Of a DNA stretch of 45,857 bases, positions 18,012 through 26,634 are shown piece after piece. Both the position numbers and the translations under genes were made by a program. Where the stretch lies: positions 21,454-67,310 of the forward strand of contig CAYGPA010000001.1 in NCBI GenBank assembly GCA_964351535.1, written 5' to 3'. The DNA comes from an uncultured Planctomycetaceae bacterium. Its GTDB lineage: Bacteria; Planctomycetota; UBA1135; GCA-002686595. A model generated the notes under the pieces. It was given only the letters and a program-made list of their open reading frames with translations. It was not told the origin of the DNA and did no database searches. Positions within the stretch are counted from its first letter, which is position 1. Each line of letters starts with the position of its first letter.

Positions 18012-19796
18012 TCAGCGCGGTAGTCGGAGGACCTCGAGGACCGGTCCGCTGCGCTCCGCGCGCAGGACGCGCCACGCGTAGTGCGGCTGTCGCCAGATCG
18101 GCGCGTCCTGATAGGACATCGGCAGGCCCTCCTCGACACCCTCCCGGTACGGGCTGAAGCGCTGGATGAGCTCGCAGGACTTGCGGGCCTCGGTGTAGAT
18201 AGCCTCCAGCACGGGGTCGCGCCGGCGCTGGCGGTAGTCCTCGAACAGCACGTGCGTGGCCTGGAGTCCGTCGAGGAAACCCGCGGGATCTTCGAACGCA
18301 CTCTCGATGAATCGCTGGCGCCCCAGACGCAGGTACGGCAGGTGCCACGGCGTGCCGGCCAGCACGACGTCGGGATGCTCCGCCTGGTACGCGAGCCACG
18401 ACGGGATGTCCGTGCGCAGGAGCCGCAGGTTGCGATCGCGTTCCGCAGCAGCCGTCACGAGCGGTAGACCGATCCCGCGCGGACGCGCGATGCGGTCGAG
18501 CTGCGGATCGAGGTTGTCCTCGATCCAGCGCGCGGCCACGGACGCCGTATCGGGCTGCAGGCGCATCGCGACGTGGCGCTGGACCCCGACGGCCGGAACC
18601 AGCACGACCAGCGCCACGAGCGCGCCCCGCAGCGCGCGCGACAGGGAACCCCGACGCGCGGCCGCATCGCAGGCGCGCTCGACCGCGAAGGCAGCCGCCA
18701 GGTACAGGAAGGGCAGCAGCGGCATCACGAGTCGTCCGTAGGTGCGCTTGTAGGCCGCGGCCACGAGGACGTAAGGAACGACGAAGGCCAGGACCACCCA
18801 GAAGTCCCTGGCGCGCGCGGCCTCGGCCGAACTCCGTGCCGGTGAAGCCCGCCGCCGCGCGCGGATCCAGAGGCCGACCGCCACGGCGCCGAGCAGGAGC
18901 GCGAGCGGCTCGTACGACCAGAACGAGTGCAGCGTGCGCTCGAAGCCGCCGCCCGTGAACCACGTGAACTTGATCACGTGCCCGGCCTGGTGGATCTTCC
19001 CCGCCGCGAGGTCGACGCGCTCGGCGCCCTTCTCGTCCACGGAACCGCCGAGGAACGGCCAGAAGATCGCGAACGACGCCGCGATGGCCGCGGCCGGCAG
19101 CGCGGCGAGCCAGGCCGTCCTGCGCCCCGGCGGACGCTCGCGCAGCAGGAAGGCCGCGCCGACCGGCAGGAGCGTCGCGATACCGCTCTGCAGGCACGCG
19201 ACGGCCGCGCCACACGCCAGGCCCGCGGCGGCGAAGGACAGCGCGTCGCTCCGCCGGCGCAGCTCGACGGCCGCCGCCACGGCCAGCAGGATCAGGGCCA
19301 TCGCCGGTGCGTGCGGACGCGCCTGCTGGGAGAAGGCGACGTGCATGAGGCTCGTCGCCATCCAGTAGGCGGCGAGCAAGCTGCCGAGGGGCGACAGGAA
19401 GCGCCGCGCGAGCAGGAACAGCGCCGGGATCGCCAGCACGGACACCCAGGCGACCACGCGGCGAACGCGCACGAAGGGCGCGGCGCTGCGCGCCAGGTGA
19501 TCGTCGAGGTCGACCGCGGGCCGCTCGGCCGCGGGCTCCTCGGGCAGGAGCTGCGTGAGGCGCGCGAGCAGGTGCGGGTACTTGCCCCAGTTCAGGTCCG
19601 ACGCGGGGTCGTCCAGGGCGCCCTCGAGGAGCTCGACCTGCCGCACGATGTGGCCGTCCGGCTCGGGCTGGTGCGGCAGCAGGTAGTCGACGCCGGCGAG
19701 CCGTACGACGAGCGCCAGGGACACCAGCGCGAGCAGAGCGGCCCCGAGCCGGGTCCTCGGCACGGCGCGCGCGCCTTCGGGGGATTCACTCGGCAT
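18012..19796 (-). CDS. Putative GT-C fold (ArnT/PMT-like) membrane glycosyltransferase
   Basis: About 10 hydrophobic helices in the N-terminal 400 aa. An acidic first loop 'LPHQPEPDGHIV' follows TM1. The C-terminal domain of about 190 aa is soluble. The family assignment rests on architecture only. Confidence 0.6.
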   Translation of the reverse strand: MPSESPEGARAVPRTRLGAALLALVSLALVVRLAGVDYLLPHQPEPDGHIVRQVELLEGALDDPASDLNWGKYPHLLARLTQLLPEEPAAERPAVDLDDHLARSAAPFVRVRRVVAWVSVLAIPALFLLARRFLSPLGSLLAAYWMATSLMHVAFSQQARPHAPAMALILLAVAAAVELRRRSDALSFAAAGLACGAAVACLQSGIATLLPVGAAFLLRERPPGRRTAWLAALPAAAIAASFAIFWPFLGGSVDEKGAERVDLAAGKIHQAGHVIKFTWFTGGGFERTLHSFWSYEPLALLLGAVAVGLWIRARRRASPARSSAEAARARDFWVVLAFVVPYVLVAAAYKRTYGRLVMPLLPFLYLAAAFAVERACDAAARRGSLSRALRGALVALVVLVPAVGVQRHVAMRLQPDTASVAARWIEDNLDPQLDRIARPRGIGLPLVTAAAERDRNLRLLRTDIPSWLAYQAEHPDVVLAGTPWHLPYLRLGRQRFIESAFEDPAGFLDGLQATHVLFEDYRQRRRDPVLEAIYTEARKSCELIQRFSPYREGVEEGLPMSYQDAPIWRQPHYAWRVLRAERSGPVLEVLRLPR

Positions 19797-21189
19797 AGCC
19801 GAGGGCGCGCAGGGCCTCGAGGTTCTCGGCGGACACTCCGGGCGCCACCTTCGGCGCCGAGAGCTGCACGCCCTCGGCGTACTCGAGCGGGAAGCCCGCC
19901 GGGTCCGGGTCGTCGCGGATCAGCTCGTCGAGCAGCCGCGCGGGCAGCTCGTCGGGCCGCCAGGGCCGCGGGTCCAGCTCGAGCGGATCCTCGCGCAGGT
20001 CGTACGTGCGGCGCGAGGAGATCGCGCGCTCCTCCCCCACGACCGCGACGACCCACTTGTCGTCCGCGCGCAGCGCGCCGCGCCACTGCACCGCCTTGCG
20101 CGAGGCCTCGAAGAAGACGACCCGATCGGCCGGCGGCTCGGTGCGCCGCAGGTCGATTCCTGGTCCCGTCCGGTCCACGACTCCCGCGGCGCCCAGCAGC
20201 GTCGCGAACACGTCGACGCCCGACGCCAGGCCGCGCACGCGCCCGGGAGCGACCCCGGGCCCGCGCAGCATCAGCGGCACGTGCACGATGTCCTCGTACA
20301 CGTGGTAGCCGTGGTCGAACCAGCGCTCGCGATTGGCCATGGTCTCGCCGTGGTCGGCGGTGAGCAGCACGAGGGCGTCGTCGACGTCCGCCGTGCGGGC
20401 GTAGCCGTCGAGCAAACGCCCGACCTGCGCGTCGGCGTAGCGGATCTCGGCGTCGTAGCGATCGACGTACTCCAGCGCGTCGTCGACGCCCTCGAGCACG
20501 CCGTAGGTCGGGATCCGATCGACCTCGAGCGGCGCGGTGCCCTCGTGGTCGAACGCGTCACCCCAGCCCTCCGGCGGCCGGTAGGGACCGTGCGGGTCGA
20601 TGTAGTGCACCCACAGGAACAGCGGGCGCTCCGGATCGCGATCGCGCGCGAGCCACAGCAGGGCCGCGTTGGTCGTGTCCTCGGCGGTGCGCTCGAACAT
20701 GACGCGCTGCGACTCGCGCAGCGCGACGAAGTCGTCGAAGTGGTCGAAGCGGCTCCCGAGGCCCATGGCCTCGTCGGTCAGCACCATGTTCGAGACGAAG
20801 GCCGCGGTCTGATAGGCCTCCGGCAGACGCTCGGGAATCAGCTCGACCTCCTCCGGCACGAGCTGGAAGAAGAGCCGCACGCCGTGCTCCTGCGGCAAGC
20901 GGCCCGACAGCATGCTGACGACGCTGGGCGAGGTCGCGGCCTCGGCGGCGTAGGCGCGCTCCAGAACGCGTCCCTCTCCGAACCAGCGGTCGAGGTGCGG
21001 CGTCGTGTCGCGGGGGTAGCCGTACAGCCCGAGATGACCGGCGCGCAGCGTGTCGATCGTGATCAGGATCACGTCGCCGCCGGGCTCCCGGCTCTCGGGC
21101 CCCCCGGAAGGCCCGCAGGCCGCGGCCAGCAGTCCCGCCAGTGCGACCAGCCGCCGCATCACGCGCGACCGCCGTGCCCCAGGCGCCAT
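19786..21189 (-). CDS. Sulfatase-fold (alkaline-phosphatase superfamily) hydrolase/transferase lacking the C/S-x-P-x-R formylglycine motif
   Basis: 'DVILITIDTLRAGHLGLYGYPRDTTPHLDRW', 'LLTADHGE' and 'HVPLMLRGPG' are sulfatase-family blocks. The nucleophile position reads 'AATSPSVVSMLSG' (nt 20920-20934), that is T-S-P-S-V rather than C-x-P-x-R. Signal 'MRRLVALAGLLAAAC'. The start is ATG 21189 or ATG 21159. The 3' end overlaps the start of the downstream GT-C gene by 11 nt. Confidence 0.8.
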   Translation of the reverse strand: MAPGARRSRVMRRLVALAGLLAAACGPSGGPESREPGGDVILITIDTLRAGHLGLYGYPRDTTPHLDRWFGEGRVLERAYAAEAATSPSVVSMLSGRLPQEHGVRLFFQLVPEEVELIPERLPEAYQTAAFVSNMVLTDEAMGLGSRFDHFDDFVALRESQRVMFERTAEDTTNAALLWLARDRDPERPLFLWVHYIDPHGPYRPPEGWGDAFDHEGTAPLEVDRIPTYGVLEGVDDALEYVDRYDAEIRYADAQVGRLLDGYARTADVDDALVLLTADHGETMANRERWFDHGYHVYEDIVHVPLMLRGPGVAPGRVRGLASGVDVFATLLGAAGVVDRTGPGIDLRRTEPPADRVVFFEASRKAVQWRGALRADDKWVVAVVGEERAISSRRTYDLREDPLELDPRPWRPDELPARLLDELIRDDPDPAGFPLEYAEGVQLSAPKVAPGVSAENLEALRALGYAE

Positions 21190-21408
21190 CGCGCTCGGGA
21201 TAGGGACGTGCGGAGCGCTGGGTCGACGGTGCATGCTGGGTCGCGAAATCACGTTCGCCGGCGGCGCGAACTCCCCTCGCCTCACCAGGCCGGATTCTCG
21301 GCTCGCGGCCGACGCCGCGCAAGACCCCGACCACTCGCCGCGAACGTTCCAGAGCATAGAATCGCAGAAGGGCGCACGGCGCGTCCGCCAGATCTCGAGG
21401 AGGAGACC

Positions 21409-22926
21409 ATGCCGAAGAACATCGTCCTGTGCTTCGACGGGACCAGCAACGAACCCAGCGACGCGGTGCAGGCGCACACGAACGCCGGCGGCATCGAGGA
21501 CCAGAACATCACGAACGTGCTGAAGCTGCACCTGCTCCTGGGCGGTGATCTGGTCGGCGGCAGCCGCTTCGACGACCAGATCAGCTTCTACCACCCCGGC
21601 GTGGGCACGTACGGCGGCAAGGTACGGCGGATCTTCAACGCCGCGTTCGCACCGGACCAGCTCGACGTCGGCCGCATCATCCGCGCCGGCGTCGCCGACC
21701 TGCAGCGCGCCTACGAGCCGGGCGACCGCGTGTTCGTGCTGGGCTTCAGTCGCGGCGCAGCGATCGCCCGACGCTTCGCCTGCGTGCTCCCCGACCTCTT
21801 CGAGGGCGACTCGCCGCGCATCCGCTTCCTGCTGGCCTTCGACACCGTCGCCTCGATCGGCAAGCCGAACCTGGACGACAGCGAGAAGCCGGTCTCCGAC
21901 GTCGTCTTCGAGGACGGCACCGTCTCGAAGACGCTCGACGAGGCGCTGCACCTGGTCTCGCTCGACGACAGCCGCAAGGCGTTCCTGCCGACCCTGATGA
22001 ACGCGGAGGAGCGCGTGACCGAGGTCTGGTTCCCCGGGGTCCACTCCGACGTCGGCGGAGGCTACCGCGACGACGGACTCTCCGACCTGACGCTGCAGTT
22101 CGCGCTCGACGAGTTCCAGCGGCGCGAGCTCGGCCTGCGCACCCTCGCCCCGGCGGACCTCGACTTCGACTCGCTCGTGGCACCCGACGCGGACTACGAC
22201 ATCGACCTCGACGACGTCGAGCTCCAGCCCGACCCGCTGGGCAAGGCGCACTTCCAGCGCCGCCTCCCGTTCGCCACGCGCCTGACCCTGACGGTGCGCA
22301 CGCCGCGGGTGAACGTGGCGGACCGACCCAGCGACGTGCCGCCGCTCGTGCACTGGAGCGTGTCCGAGCGCATCCACGGCTCCGGCGGCTACCGTCCGCG
22401 CGCGCTGCGACGCCTGCTGCACGAGATCCTGCATCCCGATCAGTCGCGCGAGTCCTACGCCGGTCTGGCGCACCACCTGCGGGCCGGCGCCCGCCGCCTG
22501 ACCTCGCTGCGCGTCGACGAGACCCGCGAGCTCTCGTGCAGCGCGCACCAGCGCCTCAACGCGAGCGGGATCGCCCTCGAGCAGGGCGCGCAGTACCTGT
22601 TCGAGGTCCCGCCCGGACAGGTCTGGCACGACGCCTCGATCGCCTGCGGGCCGCAGGGCTGGACCCTCGACGAGGTGAAGCTCGGCCTGAAGGAGGTCGC
22701 CATCGCCGCGGTCCAGTGGCGTCGCCGCAAGCGCGACGCGAACTGGTTCGCGCTGGTCGGCTCGGTCGGGGACTCCGACGACGAGCTCTTCGAGCTGCTG
22801 CACCACACCGACGTGCCCTACGTGCCCGAGCGCACCGGCGAGCTGTGCACCTTCGCCAACGACCTCCCGAGCCGCTACGGGAACAATGCCGGGGCGATGC
22901 GCTTCCTGGTGCGCCGCGTCGGTTGA
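21409..22926 (+). CDS. DUF2235 (Tle1-type alpha/beta hydrolase) protein with a C-terminal PA-IL/LecA-like domain
   Basis: Strong Shine-Dalgarno sequence 'gaggaggag' ending 5 nt before ATG 21409. 'NIVLCFDGTSNEP...NITNVLKL', 'VFVLGFSRGAAIARRFA' (GxSxG) and 'VWFPGVHSDVGGGY' are DUF2235 hallmarks. The C-terminal part 'WHDASIACGPQGW...NWFALVGSVG...CTFANDLPSRYGNNAGAMRFLV' resembles the end of PA-IL, '...[21 protein letters not shown]'. Confidence 0.85.
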   Translation: MPKNIVLCFDGTSNEPSDAVQAHTNAGGIEDQNITNVLKLHLLLGGDLVGGSRFDDQISFYHPGVGTYGGKVRRIFNAAFAPDQLDVGRIIRAGVADLQRAYEPGDRVFVLGFSRGAAIARRFACVLPDLFEGDSPRIRFLLAFDTVASIGKPNLDDSEKPVSDVVFEDGTVSKTLDEALHLVSLDDSRKAFLPTLMNAEERVTEVWFPGVHSDVGGGYRDDGLSDLTLQFALDEFQRRELGLRTLAPADLDFDSLVAPDADYDIDLDDVELQPDPLGKAHFQRRLPFATRLTLTVRTPRVNVADRPSDVPPLVHWSVSERIHGSGGYRPRALRRLLHEILHPDQSRESYAGLAHHLRAGARRLTSLRVDETRELSCSAHQRLNASGIALEQGAQYLFEVPPGQVWHDASIACGPQGWTLDEVKLGLKEVAIAAVQWRRRKRDANWFALVGSVGDSDDELFELLHHTDVPYVPERTGELCTFANDLPSRYGNNAGAMRFLVRRVG

Positions 22927-24005
22927 GGATCGCGGCCTACGTCTATCCGGGCTGGCACCCGCTGCCCGAGCGCGACTCGAGCTTCCACCCCGGCTTCACG
23001 GAGTGGGAGCTCGTGTCGGCTTGCCGGCCGCGGTTCGAGGGTCACCACCAGCCGCGCGTGCCCCTGCTCGGCACGTACGACGATCGCGACCCCGCGGAGG
23101 TCGGTCGACGCGTGCAACTCGCGGCCGATCACGGCGTCGACGCGCTGGTCTACGGCTTCTTCTGGTGCCGCGGAAAGCGCGTCTTCGAGGAGGCGCTGGA
23201 CCTCGGGTTCCTCGGCGCGCCGCAGGGCTCCGACATGCCGTTCGCCGTACTCTGGGCCAATCGCATGCCGCGTCGGGTGCTCCCCGTTCGCCGCAGCGAC
23301 CTGCCGGTGATCGAGGACGGCCGCCGCGCGCCCTCGGACGTGGACGACTTCGTCGAGCTCGTCGCCACCGTCGCACGCGCCTACTTCCGACGACCGAACT
23401 ACGTTCGCGTGGAGGGTCGACCCTACTTCTCGATCTACGACTCGACGTTCTTCCTGCGCGAGCTGGGTCTCGCCGAGGCGACCCGCGCCGTGCGGGCCGC
23501 CCGCGCCTGGCTCGGCGCCCACGGGTTCGACGACTTCCACCTCGCGGCCATCGAGCCCTCGAGCGCGGTCGTCGGCGACCTGCGCGACGTCGGCTTCGAC
23601 AGCGTGACGCATTACGTGTTCCTGCCCGACTGGAAGGGGCCGCCCCGCCAGGACTACGCGCGCTGCGCGAACCTGCGCGCGGGCGAGTGGCGGCGCTTCG
23701 CCACGGCCTCGGGCCTGCCGTACATGCCGGCGGTCTCGCCCGGCTGGGACGCCTCGCCGCGCGCCGCGGACTTCGGTGCCGAGGTGCCGGGCAAGTACCC
23801 GTGGTCCCCCGTGGTCGTGGGCGAGCATCCCGAGCTCTTCCAGCAGGCCCTCGCGCGCGCCGTTCGCGCGGCGCCCGAGCTCGCGCGCCTCGACGACTCG
23901 CTCGTCTTCGTGGCGTCCCTGAACGAGTGGAGCGAGGGGCACTACCTCGAGCCCGACGAACGCTTCGGCACCGGCTGGCTCGAGGCCGTGCGCGCGGCGC
24001 GCTGA
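22923..24005 (+). CDS. WbsX-family (PF14307-like) glycosyl transferase/hydrolase-like protein
   Basis: TTG 22923 overlaps the upstream TGA (TTGA). 'AAYVYPGWHPLPERDSSFHPGFTEWELVSACRPRFEGHHQPRVPLLGTYDDRDPAEVGRRVQLAADHGVDALVYGFFW' follows the WbsX N-terminal pattern (YY.PQFHP.PEND..WG.GFTEW.....P.F.GH.QPR.P). Confidence 0.75.
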   Translation: MRIAAYVYPGWHPLPERDSSFHPGFTEWELVSACRPRFEGHHQPRVPLLGTYDDRDPAEVGRRVQLAADHGVDALVYGFFWCRGKRVFEEALDLGFLGAPQGSDMPFAVLWANRMPRRVLPVRRSDLPVIEDGRRAPSDVDDFVELVATVARAYFRRPNYVRVEGRPYFSIYDSTFFLRELGLAEATRAVRAARAWLGAHGFDDFHLAAIEPSSAVVGDLRDVGFDSVTHYVFLPDWKGPPRQDYARCANLRAGEWRRFATASGLPYMPAVSPGWDASPRAADFGAEVPGKYPWSPVVVGEHPELFQQALARAVRAAPELARLDDSLVFVASLNEWSEGHYLEPDERFGTGWLEAVRAAR

Positions 24006-24013
24006 ACGCGCGC

Positions 24014-24343
24014 TCAGGCCCGCGGGCGCCGCGCCTCGCGGGCGGCGAGCTCCTCGGCGCGCAGTCGCCCGTCGAGAAGGAAGGTCCCGAACGGCACGAG
24101 CGACGCGATCCCGATGCGCGTCGCCCAGCCGAACGTGCGACCGCGCCAGAACACGCCGCGCGCGAGCAGCAGCATCAGCCACACGAACAGCGCGCCGTGC
24201 AGCGTGCCCACGATGCGCACGTAGATCGGCAGCTCCGCCAGGTACTTCAGCGGCATGGCGACGAAGAGCAACAGGACGTAGGACACACCCTCGACGAGAG
24301 CGGCCGTGCGCACGCGCGCCTCGAACAGATCGATCCGCAGCAT
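24014..24343 (-). CDS. DUF3817-family small integral membrane protein
   Basis: 'VEGVSYVLLLFVAMPLKYLAELPIYVRIVGTLHGALFVWLMLLL' matches the DUF3817 pattern (PLKY....v...G..HG). Confidence 0.75.
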   Translation of the reverse strand: MLRIDLFEARVRTAALVEGVSYVLLLFVAMPLKYLAELPIYVRIVGTLHGALFVWLMLLLARGVFWRGRTFGWATRIGIASLVPFGTFLLDGRLRAEELAAREARRPRA

Positions 24344-24365
24344 GGGGTGGCTCGGGGCGCGCGCC

Positions 24366-25247
24366 TCAGAGGTCGCGATCGGGGACGTCGAAGGTGTTGC
24401 CCTGGGACAGGTCGCCGGTCTCGAAGCCGCGGCCGAACCAGCGTCTGCGCTGCGCTGAGGTGCCGTGGGTGAACGACTCCGGGACGACGCGCCCCTGCGA
24501 GCGCCGCTGGATCGTGTCGTCGCCGATCTGGCTCGCGGCGTTCAGCGCCTCCTCGATGTCCCCCGCCTCGAGCAGCGCCGCGCGCGCCTGGACGTGATGG
24601 GCCCAGACGCCGGCCAGGAAGTCCGCCTGGAGTTCGAGCCGCACCGACAGCTCGTTCGCCTCGACCCGGCTCGACCCGCGCTGCAAGTCGCGCATCTGGC
24701 CCGAGATCCCGAGCAGGTTCTGGACGTGGTGCCCGACCTCGTGCGCGACGACGTACGCGCGCGCGAAGTCCCCCGCGGCCCCGAACTGGTCCATGAGCTG
24801 CTCCAGGAAGCCCAGGTCGAGGTACACGCTGCTGTCGCCGGGGCAGTAGAACGGCCCGACGGCCGCGTCCTGCGAGCCGCAGGCCGACCGCACCGCGTCG
24901 CGGAACAGCACGAGCGTCGGCTCGCGGTACGGCGTGTCCGTGTCGTCCAGCAGCGCGTGCCAGACGTCCTCGGTCTCCGCGAGCACGACCGCCAGGAACT
25001 CGCGCAGCTCCGCTTCCTGCGGCGACTCCGCGGCCGTCTCGCCCCCACTCGAGCGGCCGACCGGCGCACTGGCGCCCACGCCCTGCTGCCCGACGACGTC
25101 GAGCAGCGCCTGGGGGTCGCCGCCCATCAGCACCGCGATCACGGCGATGATCAGCACCCCGAGCCCGCCGCCAACGGCCAGCCTGGGCGCGGCCGAGCCG
25201 CGCCTATCCTCGATGTTGTCGCTCTGACGGCGTCCTCGCCAACGCAT
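24366..25247 (-). CDS. ypfJ: YpfJ-family neutral zinc metallopeptidase
   Basis: The canonical N-terminus 'MRWRGRRQSDNIEDRRG' is followed by a TM segment. Zinc motif 'HEVGHHVQ'. The start is the internal ATG at 25247 of track ORF 24366..25538. Confidence 0.85.
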   Translation of the reverse strand: MRWRGRRQSDNIEDRRGSAAPRLAVGGGLGVLIIAVIAVLMGGDPQALLDVVGQQGVGASAPVGRSSGGETAAESPQEAELREFLAVVLAETEDVWHALLDDTDTPYREPTLVLFRDAVRSACGSQDAAVGPFYCPGDSSVYLDLGFLEQLMDQFGAAGDFARAYVVAHEVGHHVQNLLGISGQMRDLQRGSSRVEANELSVRLELQADFLAGVWAHHVQARAALLEAGDIEEALNAASQIGDDTIQRRSQGRVVPESFTHGTSAQRRRWFGRGFETGDLSQGNTFDVPDRDL

Positions 25248-25431
25248 GAAACGGCCTCCGGGACCAGGGGGGATGCTAACCCTCGCCGCGCGGTGCGTCG
25301 CGGGCGATACGGAAGGTCTTTCCCGATGCCCGAACGACCTCAAGGTCCGCTCGCGTCCCGCCGAACGGATCCTGGTCCCCGCCACCCTCAGCGTCCGCCC
25401 GGAGTCGCTGCCGTTCGACGCGAGCGCCCCC

Positions 25432-26592
25432 ATGAGCTCCCCGGCCAAGCCCCCCCGCATCCTGCTCGTCGACGACGAACCCATCCAGACGAGCGGACTG
25501 GCGCGCGCCTTTCGCGGCGAGCCCTGGGAGCTGGACACGGCCCAGTCCGCGGAGGAAGCCCTGCGGCTCTTCTCGCGGTCGCCCTACGACGTCGTCGTCA
25601 CCGACGAGACCATGCCGGGCCTGCGAGGTTCGGAGCTCCTGGCGCAGCTTCGCGAGACCACCCCCGACACCGTGCGCATCGTGCTGTCCGGTCAGGCCGA
25701 CCTCGGCGCGGCCGTGAACGCGATCAACGCCGCCGAGGTCTTTCGGTTCCTCCAGAAGCCGTGCTCGTTCTCCGAGGTGTCCGCGGCGATCCGCGACGGG
25801 CTGGAGCTGCGCGCGCAGCAGGCGGAGTTCCACGCCTGGCGCGGAGCGCGGAATCCCGCGGACGCGGCGCAACGCGGGGCGGAGTTCGACGAAGCTCTGG
25901 CGAGTCTCTGGATGGGGTACCAGCCGGTCCTGCGCGCCGCCGACGAGTCGCTCTACGGCTACGAGGCGCTCGTCCGCACCGACAGCGAGGTGCTGGTCCA
26001 TCCAGGCCTGCTGTTCTCCGCCGCGGAGCGCCTCGGTCGCTCCGCCGAGCTCAGCCGCTGCATCCGCGACCGCGTGGCGCGCGACATCTCCGCGGCTCCC
26101 GCGGAAGCGGCGATCCTCGTCAACGTGACCGCCGACGACCTGGCCGACTCCGCGTTCGTGAACGGCGAGGATCCGCTGCGCGCCCACTCCGAGAGAATCG
26201 TCCTGGAGGTCACCGAGCGGCACTCCTTCAAGGAGGACACGCACCTCCAGCAACGCGTGGCCTCGCTGCGGCGGCACGGGTACCGGATCGCGGTGGACGA
26301 CCTGGGCTCCGGCTACTCGGGCCTGACGAGCTTCATGCTCGTGTCGCCCGACGTGGTCAAGTTCGACATGGAGCTGACCCGCGGCATCGACACCTCGCCC
26401 ACCCAGCAGCGCCTGATCGAGCTCATGACCGGGCTGTGCCGGCAGCTCGGGATCCTCACGGTCGCCGAGGGGATCGAGACCGAGGCCGAGCTCGAGACGG
26501 TGACGCGGCTCGGCTGCGACCTGCTGCAGGGATTCCTGTTCGGCGCCGCCGCGCGCGACTTCGCGCTGCCGGGCTCGCGGCGCGTAGCCTGA
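25432..26592 (+). CDS. Response regulator: receiver domain plus EAL (c-di-GMP phosphodiesterase) domain
   Basis: REC: 'ILLVDDEP...DVVVTDETMPGLRGSELL...LSGQAD...FLQKP'. EAL domain: 'YQPVL...YGYEALVR', 'LEVTERH', 'IAVDDLGSGYSGLTSF', 'VKFDMELTRGI', 'VAEGIETEAE', 'LLQGFLFG'. Confidence 0.9.
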   Translation: MSSPAKPPRILLVDDEPIQTSGLARAFRGEPWELDTAQSAEEALRLFSRSPYDVVVTDETMPGLRGSELLAQLRETTPDTVRIVLSGQADLGAAVNAINAAEVFRFLQKPCSFSEVSAAIRDGLELRAQQAEFHAWRGARNPADAAQRGAEFDEALASLWMGYQPVLRAADESLYGYEALVRTDSEVLVHPGLLFSAAERLGRSAELSRCIRDRVARDISAAPAEAAILVNVTADDLADSAFVNGEDPLRAHSERIVLEVTERHSFKEDTHLQQRVASLRRHGYRIAVDDLGSGYSGLTSFMLVSPDVVKFDMELTRGIDTSPTQQRLIELMTGLCRQLGILTVAEGIETEAELETVTRLGCDLLQGFLFGAAARDFALPGSRRVA

Positions 26593-26634
26593 CCGCGGAA
26601 CCTCGAGGTCCCCGCCGGTGGTAAGCTCGCCGGC

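Noticed and set aside
21357-21362. The TAGAAT -10-like hexamer about 47 nt upstream of the DUF2235 start
   Set aside because: There is no convincing -35 element at 16-18 nt spacing. A single hexamer in a 219-nt spacer is expected by chance.
21409-22926. Calling the DUF2235 protein a T6SS Tle1 effector
   Set aside because: The window contains no T6SS structural, VgrG/PAAR, chaperone or immunity genes. Only the fold-level relationship is supported.
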